Source: Thalia democratica | Lineage: Eukaryota | Reading direction: 5' to 3' | Length of the DNA: 64,000 nt | Assembly (NCBI GenBank): GCA_965202585.1 | Contig: OZ241827.1 | Span: 11,098,001-11,162,000, forward strand | Part shown: positions 39,301 through 51,300 of the stretch, piece after piece | Layout of the letters: every line of letters begins with the position of its first letter | How positions within the stretch are numbered: the stretch's first letter is position 1 | Position numbers and translations under genes: made by a program | The notes under the pieces: model-generated | Databases searched by the model: none | Told to the model about the DNA's origin: nothing | What the model saw: only the letters and a program-made list of their open reading frames with translations

Positions 39301-42300
39301 AACAGAACAATTTAACAAAAAATATTTAACACTTTTTACGATACGATTCTAATATTTTTTTAAAGCTAATAAAGAATAGATAAACAAAACTTATAAAAAG
39401 CAAAGGACCTTTTCACCAGAACTTTTGTTCCTGTAGTTAATTTCAAAGCCTGTGAGTCCCTTATTTCTGCTGACTTCCCACCTTAAAGTGAAAGAAGTTA
39501 TTGTTGAAGAACTCTGCCTTGCTTTAACTGTGCCCATGGCAGCTGTTGTAAAGAATTATGTTTATTTGATGAATGCATTAATGTGTTTAGAAATGTAGTA
39601 AGTGGTGTGCTTTTAGTTTTTGTATTAAATATACGACATTATTGTTGTTTTTACTGAAATTTAATTTTATTGACCAAGCTAAAAGCGCTTCCTTTAAAAT
39701 GTAAATAATAAAGTTCTTGACTCGTGTGCTTAACTAACTGCGATATTGAATTTCTAACGTATTGTGTTTTTATACTATTGTTGTTATGAAATTTAATTCG
39801 TAAGGGACAAAACTAAAGGTAAGGCAAATAACTTGTATTGTATATATTTTAGGAAATAATAAAAGCATTGGTCATGTAGTTCGAGTTTTGAGAAATCAGT
39901 AACAAACTTCAACTTTTTTATTCGAGTAAGCTTTTAAAAACCAATGACTCATAAATAAATATTAAAACATAAGTGATCAGTAAATATACAATAAGTTACA
40001 CAAAACATACAATTTCAAAAACACTAAACAAAAATTTACGTTTAGTTTTACTGTAGATCGATTATAACGTAAATGGACTTTATTAACTTTAACTGTTACT
40101 AATTGATTTTGGTTTTTATTAATCTCTTGATTATTTTATGGTTACTTAATTAATTGTAAGTAACTATATAAAACTATATAAGTGTGTAAAATCTTGTTAT
40201 TTGTTAGCATTGTACTCTACTGAAGAGAATTGCTCGAAATGTATTTAGTGCTTTTGAAATTGTGTGTCTTGTGTAACTTATTATAAATAAATCACAATTT
40301 CACAGAAACTAGCCATATTTTGTGTACATACTTTATTTAAAATAGTACACTTGAAATAGTGTTAGTATTTCAGTTTGCCCTATTTGCTTAAAGTATTGAC
40401 ATTTATAAATTAAAGCTTTTTAAAATTGTAAATACAGTGCTTCCTCGCTAATCCGGTCCTCGCTAATCCGGTTCCTCGCTAATCCGGCCGGTTTTAGTCG
40501 AGAAGTCGACTTATTTACTTTAGCGTTTTTAGCGTTTAATTTCATTTTACTTCGAAAAAGTATTCAATTTATGTTTTATAAGTATGCAAGCAATATAATG
40601 TTACGTCATAATAAAGTATAATTTGTATAATCTTAAGTTTTTTTTTTTCATACTTTTCCCGCTCAGTTGTAACAAACTTGTTTATTATTCATTTGCAATT
40701 TTTCTGTCTTTGCTAAGCAAGTTACACTTTAATATACTACAATCAACATATCTGGTTAAAAAATGGATAAGACAGCAAAGAAACCAAAACGCGTTCAACT
40801 AACAAAAGAAAACAAGTTTTCTGCTAAGAAACGAGAAAGCACTGTAAAAAAATCTTCCATTCTTTCTTTTTTCAAAAAAAAATCTTAAATTAGTTAAAGT
40901 GTTAACAGTGTAGTTTTTTTTCATTAATTTTGAACTTATAAAATTTTGTTTCGTTTAGTTTTATCTGTTTTAATTCTTTTTTTTTTGATTAAAGTAAAAT
41001 AAATTAAATTAACAGAAATTTTATAGTACGTTTTGTTATATACATTCATAATATAACTAAGGTAGATAATTTGTAAAAAAAGCGATATTTTGTTCTTATC
41101 CGGCCAAAGGCAAATCCGGCCGTATTTTAAAAAAAATCTTGCCCAACTTGGCCGGATTAGCGAGGAAGCACTGTAGTACATTTGCTGAATATTTCTCTAT
41201 TTCTCTATTAAAAACTAGCAACAATTAGTAACATCCAAGCAATAAACTATTAATATTTATATAATTCTTAGCTCATTCTAAATCTAAAATTTTTCACTAG
41301 CTTTAAAACACAGTTATTTACGATAACATGACTTATTTTAAAAGCTGGAAAACTAGAGTTAATTTAGGTAAACCAAAAATATTAATCATTCTGTGTTAGT
41401 TATAACTGTGCTACCTTCTACTGTTTGACAGTATCGATTAATAGTCAGACAAAAAGTTTTAATAGTTTAAGATTTATAGTAATAGAGTACTGTATATTGT
41501 TTCAATAAATTCTATAAAGTGTAATAGAAGGATTTTTCAAGTATAAAAATAAAACTTTTAATAATACCTCAGTCATAACCGTAAACTTAATTTACCTTTA
41601 ACTTAATAATTTACCTTAAAGAGTGTTATATTTAAAAGTTTATTTAGTATTAATAATTCAATTAAACCTGTAGTTATAGTTTTGACGATGGTGTCACCTT
41701 TACTACCACTTTCATAAACAGGATACAGCGAAACTGAATATTTGGTGTTTGGTTTCAGGTACCTGATTGTTGTTTTCACAGTGTTTCTACCGAACTTCAA
41801 CTTCCTTGCCTAGAAACACTAAAGTTTTAAACTCTTGCTGGATACTGTTTCAAATAGTTTACTTCCTTTTCTTCTAATTATTTCAAAAGAATATAAACAA
41901 ACGTATTTTAAACTAGTTTGACCCTTTTTGATTTGGATAGTGTACTGAACAACTTTTCTATTTAAAAAAAAGTTTTTTGTGGAAATAAACATGAAGTACG
42001 AAAATACTTAAAGTATTAAGAATTTTATGAATAAAGTACATGTTGACTATTCACAAAAATCACCTTAAAATTTCAAAGTTAACTTTAGATACAGAAATAT
42101 GTTTATGACGCAGACGTCAAAATAAAAAACTTACATTATTTTAGGAAATTTCAATACTTTTTATTTCTTTTCTTTTTAAAAACTTAAAAAAAAGTACAAA
42201 ATTTTAAAATATTATATAGTTAAAATTTACAGAAAAATATAAGCCGTAATAAACGTTCAATACATCGTTAAAAGTTTAATAAATAAGTTTGAAAGTATCT

Positions 42301-45300
42301 ATGACATCACACCAACTTCCTCCTCTTTTCCTTCTTCCGTCACTGTCATGTGATATGACGTCACTCTCGCGGGGTAAGCTGCCTTCCATCTTGACTTGAA
42401 AGTCGTCAGTTCAGGTTTGTTTACCCTCAATTTAGTCTCGCTTGATGTTGCTGTGATGAAAATAAGGGATTTTTTTGGTATGGTAACATAGTAAATATAT
42501 ATTCTTAAATTTTACTAAATTTTCATTATCATGTTCAAGTTTCAATTTATTCGCTCTCAATATCGTCTCACTCGAATTTGCTGTAGTAAGAGTAAAGGGG
42601 ATATAAGGTAAACTTTATAGATTTTTTTTATATTTAGTTTAATTTCATTTCTGTTTTAATATTCAGTTCCAGTTTGTTTACCCATAACTTCGTCTAAAGT
42701 TTTGGTGAATTTGGAAATTTTTGTAAACTCTTTATCTTTCAGACTAATTTTTTGTTTTTGATATTAAGCAAAACTTTTTAGATATGGTGTAGTTTTACAT
42801 ATTCATATTACTATTAACTACCTTTTAAAGTTGTTTAGATAAATATGATTTTTCTAAATACTTACATTAATCTGTAGCCTCAGATTACTGTTTAAAATAA
42901 AAAAAACAATCTTGATTAAAAAACTATCACAATTTATAACTAATTCAGTTTTTTGTTTTAATTCAGAGAAAGTTATTAGCGACTAACTTGTATTGAACTG
43001 AACGGTTTCCGCTTGACTGAGTTCACCCGATTGAGATACTGCTGCCACGGATGCCTGGTATCTGGTTCCTTCTCGTAATCTCGTCAAACTCAGCTCCGAC
43101 TCTATTAGATGCAATTATTAGTTAAATGATCATGTTTAAGTTAAAATACTTCAAATTATTTTAAAGGTAGTTGATAATGTTCTGTACTTTTTAACTAGTG
43201 GTAAGCATATCTTCAAACAACAAGTAAAATACTTATTGACTTTTCTTCTGTATAATTTTTTTTTTATAAAATAAACACAGTGAATATTATATTATCTACA
43301 AATGTGTTTAAATTTAAAAATTTAAGTTTATTCTGACTCGTTTTCATGTAATTTGTATCACATAAAATACTAAACTTTACCACTATGATGGTTGTGATTA
43401 AACAAAACGTTTAAGCAAAAGCAAGTGAACATTTATTGATAAAACTTTTAACAAAAATAAAATAACTTTTAGTAAATCTTTTCAAAGTCCTCCTTTTCGC
43501 GCCAATCCTCCAGTACTTGACTACAAAGTTCTTTATGACGTCATAATCATCACTTTCTCCACTGACCGACCACTTGATGGTTGCAGTCTTGGTCCCGATG
43601 TCTTCCGCTCTCAAATCCGCCACAGTGGGAACAAGTTTTGCTGTTGGGGATTTTTTTTAAAATTTAATTTCAGTACTCAGTATTTTAGAATTAAGTTACA
43701 TTTTGTTTAAATAATACTCAATGCTAACAAAAATGTTTTGAAATTTAAGTACTTTTAATGAATAATGACTCATTTTTAATAAATAAAATGAGATTTTAGT
43801 ATCATCTTCAACTCTTTAGCATTTATAAAAACTCTTACGTGTTCAATTTAATAAAAGCTTTACTTGTTTAATATAACAAACTCAAAAACATTTGTTTAAT
43901 AGCTAAAATAAATAAAAATGAAATCTTGTGAAAAAAAAACTATAATTAAGTGTCGGAAAACATAATACATGGTTTAAAACAACAAAAAAACAAATAAAAT
44001 TTAAAGAAATTTGATATTAGATATTGATATTATATTTAAGTTTAAAAGCGACAACTTTATAACAGCTGGATATAAATAAAACTATATCATTTCTTAATGC
44101 TATATAAACTAATAAAAAGTATTCGTTCCTACTTGTAAATTCACTGAAATGATCTGCTAGTTTTCCTTCCAAGTTTCCATAGATAGGGTTGACCCAAGCT
44201 TCATACTTAGTATTTGCCTCCAAATTCTCAATGTTGTAACTTGTAACGCTAGAATCGAACTTTTTTGCTTTTGTCTGAAACGTATCGGCAAGTTTATATA
44301 TGTTTGAAAGTTAAACGTAAACAAGCTTTGTTTGGTTGTATACATACATAAAAAAGGAATTTTAAAAGCTTTTAAATAAAATTGAAAGTGAGTTTTTATT
44401 TTCAAAAACAACCACAAAGTGAAAACTTTGTTTTCTAATCAAGTGTTAATGACTTTTTTTATTTCAGTTGCAGTAAGTAGAAAAAAACGTTAAAATTTTG
44501 TATATATCTTAATGGATTTCTTGCTTAAATATTCTTTTAAACTCGTTTAAACTTACCTTCCTTCTATATTCAATTGCATTCGCGAATGTAGCAAATATGA
44601 TAAACACAGTGCATCTGAGTAAAGCACTTTTCATATTTTTGCTAATCCCTATTCATGAAAGTAAACTTATGCTTGATTAGATCTACAACATATTTATTGG
44701 CAACAACAATAACCTTTTTCAAAGTCAAACTTTAAAATCTCAAGAATAAAAGCTTTTTTCAATTATTCTATTGTGACTTAAAAGATCATATCAAGCAAAA
44801 ATTACAAGTTTTCATAACAACAAAATATTTATATGAATGTTTTATCTGTATTTAAAATCAAATGAAAGTTGATATAAAGGAAGCCAAGTAATGATAATTT
44901 GTAGCCAATCTTCTTAACTCACCGCTAATATAATTTTAAAGAGCAATAATTTTTAAGCAAATATTCAGTTTTTTCTAATCTTTTTTTAATAAAGCTTTTC
45001 GTTAATACGTGCAATATGTTTGAAAAAAATAAACGTTATTAAATTTGTAAACAGAGAAATTTAACGTTTATTATCTAAGGTATTTAAAAAGCAATTTGTT
45101 AAAATACTTCGCAAATTTAACACAATTGATAACTGTTTATGCGAAAATTCTAAAATACAAAGAACGTACAGTTTTCTATGTGTTAAAACTACCTTCAAAA
45201 AATAACACTTTTACTAAATTTCTGCAAAAAACCTTCAAACGCAGAACAAGCTACAATATCTATACTAGCTTTGTTAACAAGTCTTAATACAACTTTAACA

Positions 45301-48300
45301 TAAACACATTTGAATTTTATTAAATTTCTTCGCTTTTACATTGCACTATCTCTGCTACGTTACCTTACAAGCCGCCAATTTAGTTTAGAAAACCACAAAA
45401 ATTTCCCGTGCATGAGAGACGATTTAACGGTTGTTAGCAGCGACAAAAATATCAAGCGGATCAGAGTGTTGACGGTAAACAAGAATTAAAAGTAGCGAGA
45501 GGTCTGCACATGACAGCAAGTTATAACGCTACAAGGTTAATTGACATTGAGATCACGATTTGACAAGATTGATTAAAAATTGAATGTTTAATGTAATGCG
45601 TAGTTATTTGCTTATCTTTAATATGCTTGTGAGATTATGGTATATATCGTAAATTGTTTTAATCCAATTAGCATGAGTTAATAATACTTACTGATATCAA
45701 AATACTTTTGAACAACGTTTCTGGTCTTTTTTTCACTATTAAGGTTATATATTTAAATGTTTTTTTTAGTCTTTAACTTTATAATTTTCAAAAAAGTTTA
45801 AACTAAGAAGCGTATCTTTATATTTAGCTTTATTCTAAAGCATCCAGCTAATTAAAATAAGAAGATTAGAAAAAATTCAAGTAAAATAAACATATGTAAA
45901 AATTTGTGATAACTTAATTTACATCTTAAAACCATTTTTATCAATATCATTAGCAGCACTTTTACGAATTTGATAGTATTGACATTTCTGTACTTACTTT
46001 GCTTTTTAGTATAAACGATATTGAAAATATGCTTTGTAAAAAATTTGATGAATACTTAAATAGATAAAACATTTTGACTTTCTGCAATACAGAGCTTGCT
46101 GAAAAGTTAAAGCTTAGTGAAATATTTATTAAATCTTAAACTGATTTATAGCTCCAAATCGAATATGTTTAGTATAAAGACTTATTTAATTACCAAGAAA
46201 ATGAATAAAATATTACCAAATGAATTGCAATTCAGAAACAGCTCATGCGTTTAATTGCAAAAGTTCACAACTTTTTTGCACACTAAAAGTTGCGTCATCA
46301 ATTCGTAAAAATCGTGTAAAATTTGTAACATAAAACATCTTTAAACAGTTTTAATCCATTTCCCCAAAAAGATAAATTTAATTGTCAGTTTTTCATCAAT
46401 TTAAAACAAAAGAAAACCGATGAGACGACGTAATGTTTAACAAATATAGAAATAAATGCACGAAGTTTTGATTGCAATCAGCTAGTACATATCCGGCAAA
46501 ATGCCAAATTTGATTTATAAGCGGTATTAGCGGTTCGTTTCAACCTTTATACGTTGTTTTAACTTATACACTGAAAGTATTACATCTGACTAATTACAAT
46601 GCTTTAAACTTGGTGAAATTTCGTAAAAAAAAAAAATTATGACATCAACTATTTAGGTGTGAATTGAATATAGATGATTTTTTATGCGTATTGAAAATGT
46701 AGTCAAGTTAGCTTTTATGTTTAAATAACCTAATAAAAGTAATTTAGATTTCTTCAAAGCCTTACTAATATAATCAAAATTAAAGTTAAAACAGCTTTTT
46801 CTTCAATTTTATAACTTATATTATACATTTAAGCATACAAAATTCAAAGTTCTTTCCAATGCAGTTATTAAAATGCATTGTAAGAAAAATTATTAAATAC
46901 CCTGATTTAAAAGAAAAAAAAATTACAAAGTTTGTAGACTAGTTTTATATAATAATATATAATTCATAATTTATTTAACACTATTTCTGTTTCTAAGTAT
47001 TTATGTGCAAATTAGTTAGTTTATTAAGATTTATATTTATATTTCAAACTTTATAATAAATAAATTCAATCGACTTCTCTTGGTAAAGCAAACAACATGA
47101 TAATTACAAAGTATCGCTTAACTTATAATTTGCAAACAAAATATACTAATTTTCAAAATTTTAGGACAAAGATATGTTAATAACTTTTTTTTTGGAAAAC
47201 TACTTTCTTAACAAAGCAATCACTACTACTCAAAAACCAATAAGCTTTGTATAAACAAGAGTAAGTTAATTGAAACGAAAAAAAATCATAAAAAGCCCAT
47301 AACAAAAAGTTAATTCACTAATTAATGTTTATTTAAATTTTACAAGTTCTGGTGTTTTTTCCTACCAACACAACATTCAAGTGTGTGTGAAGATTCTGCT
47401 AAAACCAACTTTGGCTTTGGTGCAGCAAAAAAAAAGAAAAAAATCGCCGAGTGCAACCAAGTGTAACGACCTCGCGCATTAACGCCAAAGTCTGATAACG
47501 CCAAATTCGCCCCCTAGATTGTTTTGACAGGTCCGAACAACTTGCGGGCGGTTGTTTTTGTTGATTGCGGTCGGCATTTTGCGTTTGATGTTTCGTTTAT
47601 CTTGGGTTGGTGTTAAATGAAGTTTTTAAAAGTTTTAAAAACAGATTGAACTAATTTAAACAACAAACTTTTATCAGTTAATACGAAGTAAAGCTAAATT
47701 CTTTCGTTTAACTTGAATAAATTATTATTCGTTTGATAACATTTAAAACTGATCTAAATAAGCAAAAATTTAAAAATAATTATATTTGAAATTCGAACAA
47801 AAATAAAGCTTAGTTTTCTAACAAATTTGTTAAAAATTAAGAAATTTTCATTTTACGCCTTTGTATAAATACATAAAAGTTTCAAAAAAATTAGCTTTGA
47901 TTAATTGTAAATGTTATTTTTTAGTTTTATAAATTAGTAACACACTAAAAACTTGTAAAAAAGCTCTAAAAAGTTAATCCGTCTTATTAAAAAAACCAAA
48001 AAAATTTCATTGTGATTTTAATAATCTTTTGGTGTTTAAATTAAAAAAATATTTAATTGAGGGCTACATGAAACTATACAAAAAGTATTTTTTATATATT
48101 TAAGTTTTTTTTTAGTTGACCGTAGAATATTAGAAAAGAAAAACATTTGAAAATAAGTAGGTTAAACATCATTATAATTATCAATTTTTACAATTAATGT
48201 CAGACAAGTATAAAAAATTACTGTATTTAACTAGCACAAAAGTAAAAAATAAAATTTTTGTGTTTTAATTACACCGTTTTTATTAATAAATTCAACATAA

Positions 48301-51300
48301 ATCATATACATTTCGAAACTTTTATAATGCTTTTTATAACCGCTAATTTGGCAATTATGCCCTTGATACTTCGATCATGGTTCTCAAGTTTTTAATCTCA
48401 CGTTAAGAATAATTTATTAGATTATATGGGAGGCGGAATATTATATATCATACCCAGACTAATTTTGATCGATGAATATTTCATAAGTGATTGATCGAAG
48501 GGAAAAATAAATTATCGATAATGGGCTATTTGAAGGTAGGTTTTTATCTAGCAAAATCTAAATACGATACTTTTATAAGCAACAGTAGTATACAATGTCA
48601 AAGGAAATGCTTATTAGAATGATCAATAGCTAAATAGATAAATAAAATTTTAAAGTAATTAAATTAATGTTAAATGCAATCAAAGGTTATTAAAATTAGT
48701 AAAAAAATCTCAGCAAACAATGTACTTCCTTATATGAACTATAAGAATGCCACATATATGATATTTTAAAAATAGTTTTATCGGTATTAAAACCAAACTT
48801 AAAATATTAACTTTACTTTTTAAAACTGTATGCTTCAAACAAATAATTCTTTAGTTAATATATGCTTATAATTAAAAGAGATCTAAAAAATCAAATTTTT
48901 TAAAATCAAATCAAACTTAAGTTAAATTACAACTATTATTGTCAAACAATATTTGAAACAATATTTTTATGAATAAACTATTTTAATTTTGATTTACAAC
49001 CTAAGTAAATAAAAATTAATTTAAGCGTTTTCAATTAGAACTAGCTTGACAAAGTTTTGTTAGAAGCCTGTTTTGATATTTTTTTAGACATATATAGTAT
49101 ACATGCAAAATTAATTAGCTAAAATTTCAAGATTGTGCAACTTAGATATAAAGTTTACACTTATGCGAAGTGAAAACAATTTTTAAAGGTTGAGTAATTT
49201 AGCTCAGGTTAACAAATTATCTTTGATTTATAGCTTAGAGCACACAAAAATTAAACAAATAATTTTTTAACAAACTGTTTTACCACATTTAAAATTTGTT
49301 AAAAAGTAAAACTGTAAAGATATTGTTTATTTAAATGCCATATGAAATGCTTCAGAAGCAAAGTGTTTAACTTCTAATAAACAGCTCAAAACAAATAAAT
49401 TATGTTAAATTATAACAAATAATAACGAATATTTTTTAAATAATATAGCCAACTAACTTTATACTCCTCAAATTAACATTATAAAAATAGATCAAAAGTT
49501 AAAAAAACGTTAACATAAAAATAGATAGACAAATTAACAAAACTATAGTAAAACATATATAATTTAATTAATTTGTTCATTTCCTTAGCTTGCACGACTT
49601 TAAACTACAGTTTGCAGCTATGAAAAATTAACATGGAACTCTGGTATGAGTAAATTATATTGTGGTAAAAAAGTGTTAAATAATTATTTTTACATTGAAA
49701 TGTCTAAACATAAAAAACATATTAGCAAATGCTTTTTCAAGTACTTATAGTCACAAAACCTTCAAAAATAGCAAAAAAGTAAATACATAAGATTATAGTT
49801 TACAAAAATTGCTTTTGAACTATCTTGTTTATTTTTCTAATAAAAGTACAAAAGTACAGTGACTCATAGTTAACCAAAGTATATAAAAATATAGAATAAA
49901 CAAAAATAGCCAACTAACTTTATACTCAGTATCGACACTTCCGTTTTTCAATAATTTCTTCCACCTCAGCTTGTATCCGGTGATTTCCCTTCTATTTTCA
50001 CCTCCGGCCTGCCACCTAGCGGTGAGTGAGTTTGATGTTGCGTTATAGAGGATGATAGTGGTTCGCGCGAAATTTGCTGTAAAAAATGTCTTGAGTTGTA
50101 GGGCTTTGTTTGTACGAAAAACGACAATGAGTTTACATAGTGTAATTTTTTTAAATTAAAAATAACTTGCATATAAATTCAAAGTATTATGAAACCTCCT
50201 GCAAAATTTTCAACTTTTGCAGATTGATTGTGCAAAATAAAACGACAAGTGAGAATATTTCTTGTTAGTTAACAAAAACTGAAAAAACTTTACGCTGACG
50301 CTGATGTGATTAAACCAATAGGCTGTTTGTTAAACTTCGGTTTGTTTTCTAAAGTTTATTAAGTGATAAAATTATTATAATGTAATTAAAAGTAAAACTA
50401 AATCATAATTAATCGCTGAAGTCGTGATATTTTAAAGTTTGTTAGTTATAACTACATGTAGATTAAAGGTTAAAAAAAGTTAATTTTCAGTCAACTGTTG
50501 TTTTTTAACCTTAAAAAGATTTCTTTGCGTTAAAAATAAGTACGATGAGTTGTATTTTCTTAATAAGTTTTTACAGCAATAAATGTTGTTCTTACCAGTT
50601 TTAAACTTTCCGCTAGTAGTGATAGAGGTTTTACCGTCTTCTGTGAACGAGTAAACATTGAAATCGTATTCAGTGTTAGGTGACAATTTGCTCAGGTCTA
50701 TTTTCTTTGCTGTTGTTAAAAACAATTTATGTTTACAAACTTTTATTGATACACTTGCACATTGAAAATTTTATTTTTGTGAGTTTTTAAGTTTATAAAC
50801 AGCTCGTTAAACCGTTGTAACCGTTTTAAATTAATTAAGGTTTCAATTTTGTAAATACATAAGTCAATAAATTGTAACGGTTTTGTGTTTCATAAAATCT
50901 ATGAAAACTTAAACTTAGTACCATAAGTAGATAGTTTAATAAAAATAATTAAAAATATATTGTTTAAATTGATGCAAGATGAAGTCTTTTGCATGATAAA
51001 GAATTTAAATTTTGAAAACAACACATAAGACCAGGTAGTGCATAGATCGAGAACAAAGTTTCTTGGTTCAAAAGTTTATACTCAATAGGCAGATCGGTAA
51101 AATAGTTTGAATTATTACGTCATGACCCTTTCGTAACATTCGAGTGTAGAAAGTAAACTCTATTTATTACATTTGTTTAAAAACGAACTTGTAACGGTCT
51201 TGTGTTTCCAGCCTCCCCTCTTGTCAGCTTTTCTGTACGAAACATTGAACCCTGCCACGTCCAAGTACCTCCTTATTTCAGTCGAGGGAAGTTCCCATTC

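Noticed and set aside
49829-49918. Hydrophobic read-through after exon 9 (VSWLFLFILYFYILWL...) as a transmembrane or GPI tail; similar tails follow other exons
   Set aside because: T-rich intron sequence translates to F/L/I/Y by default, and this occurs after many exons
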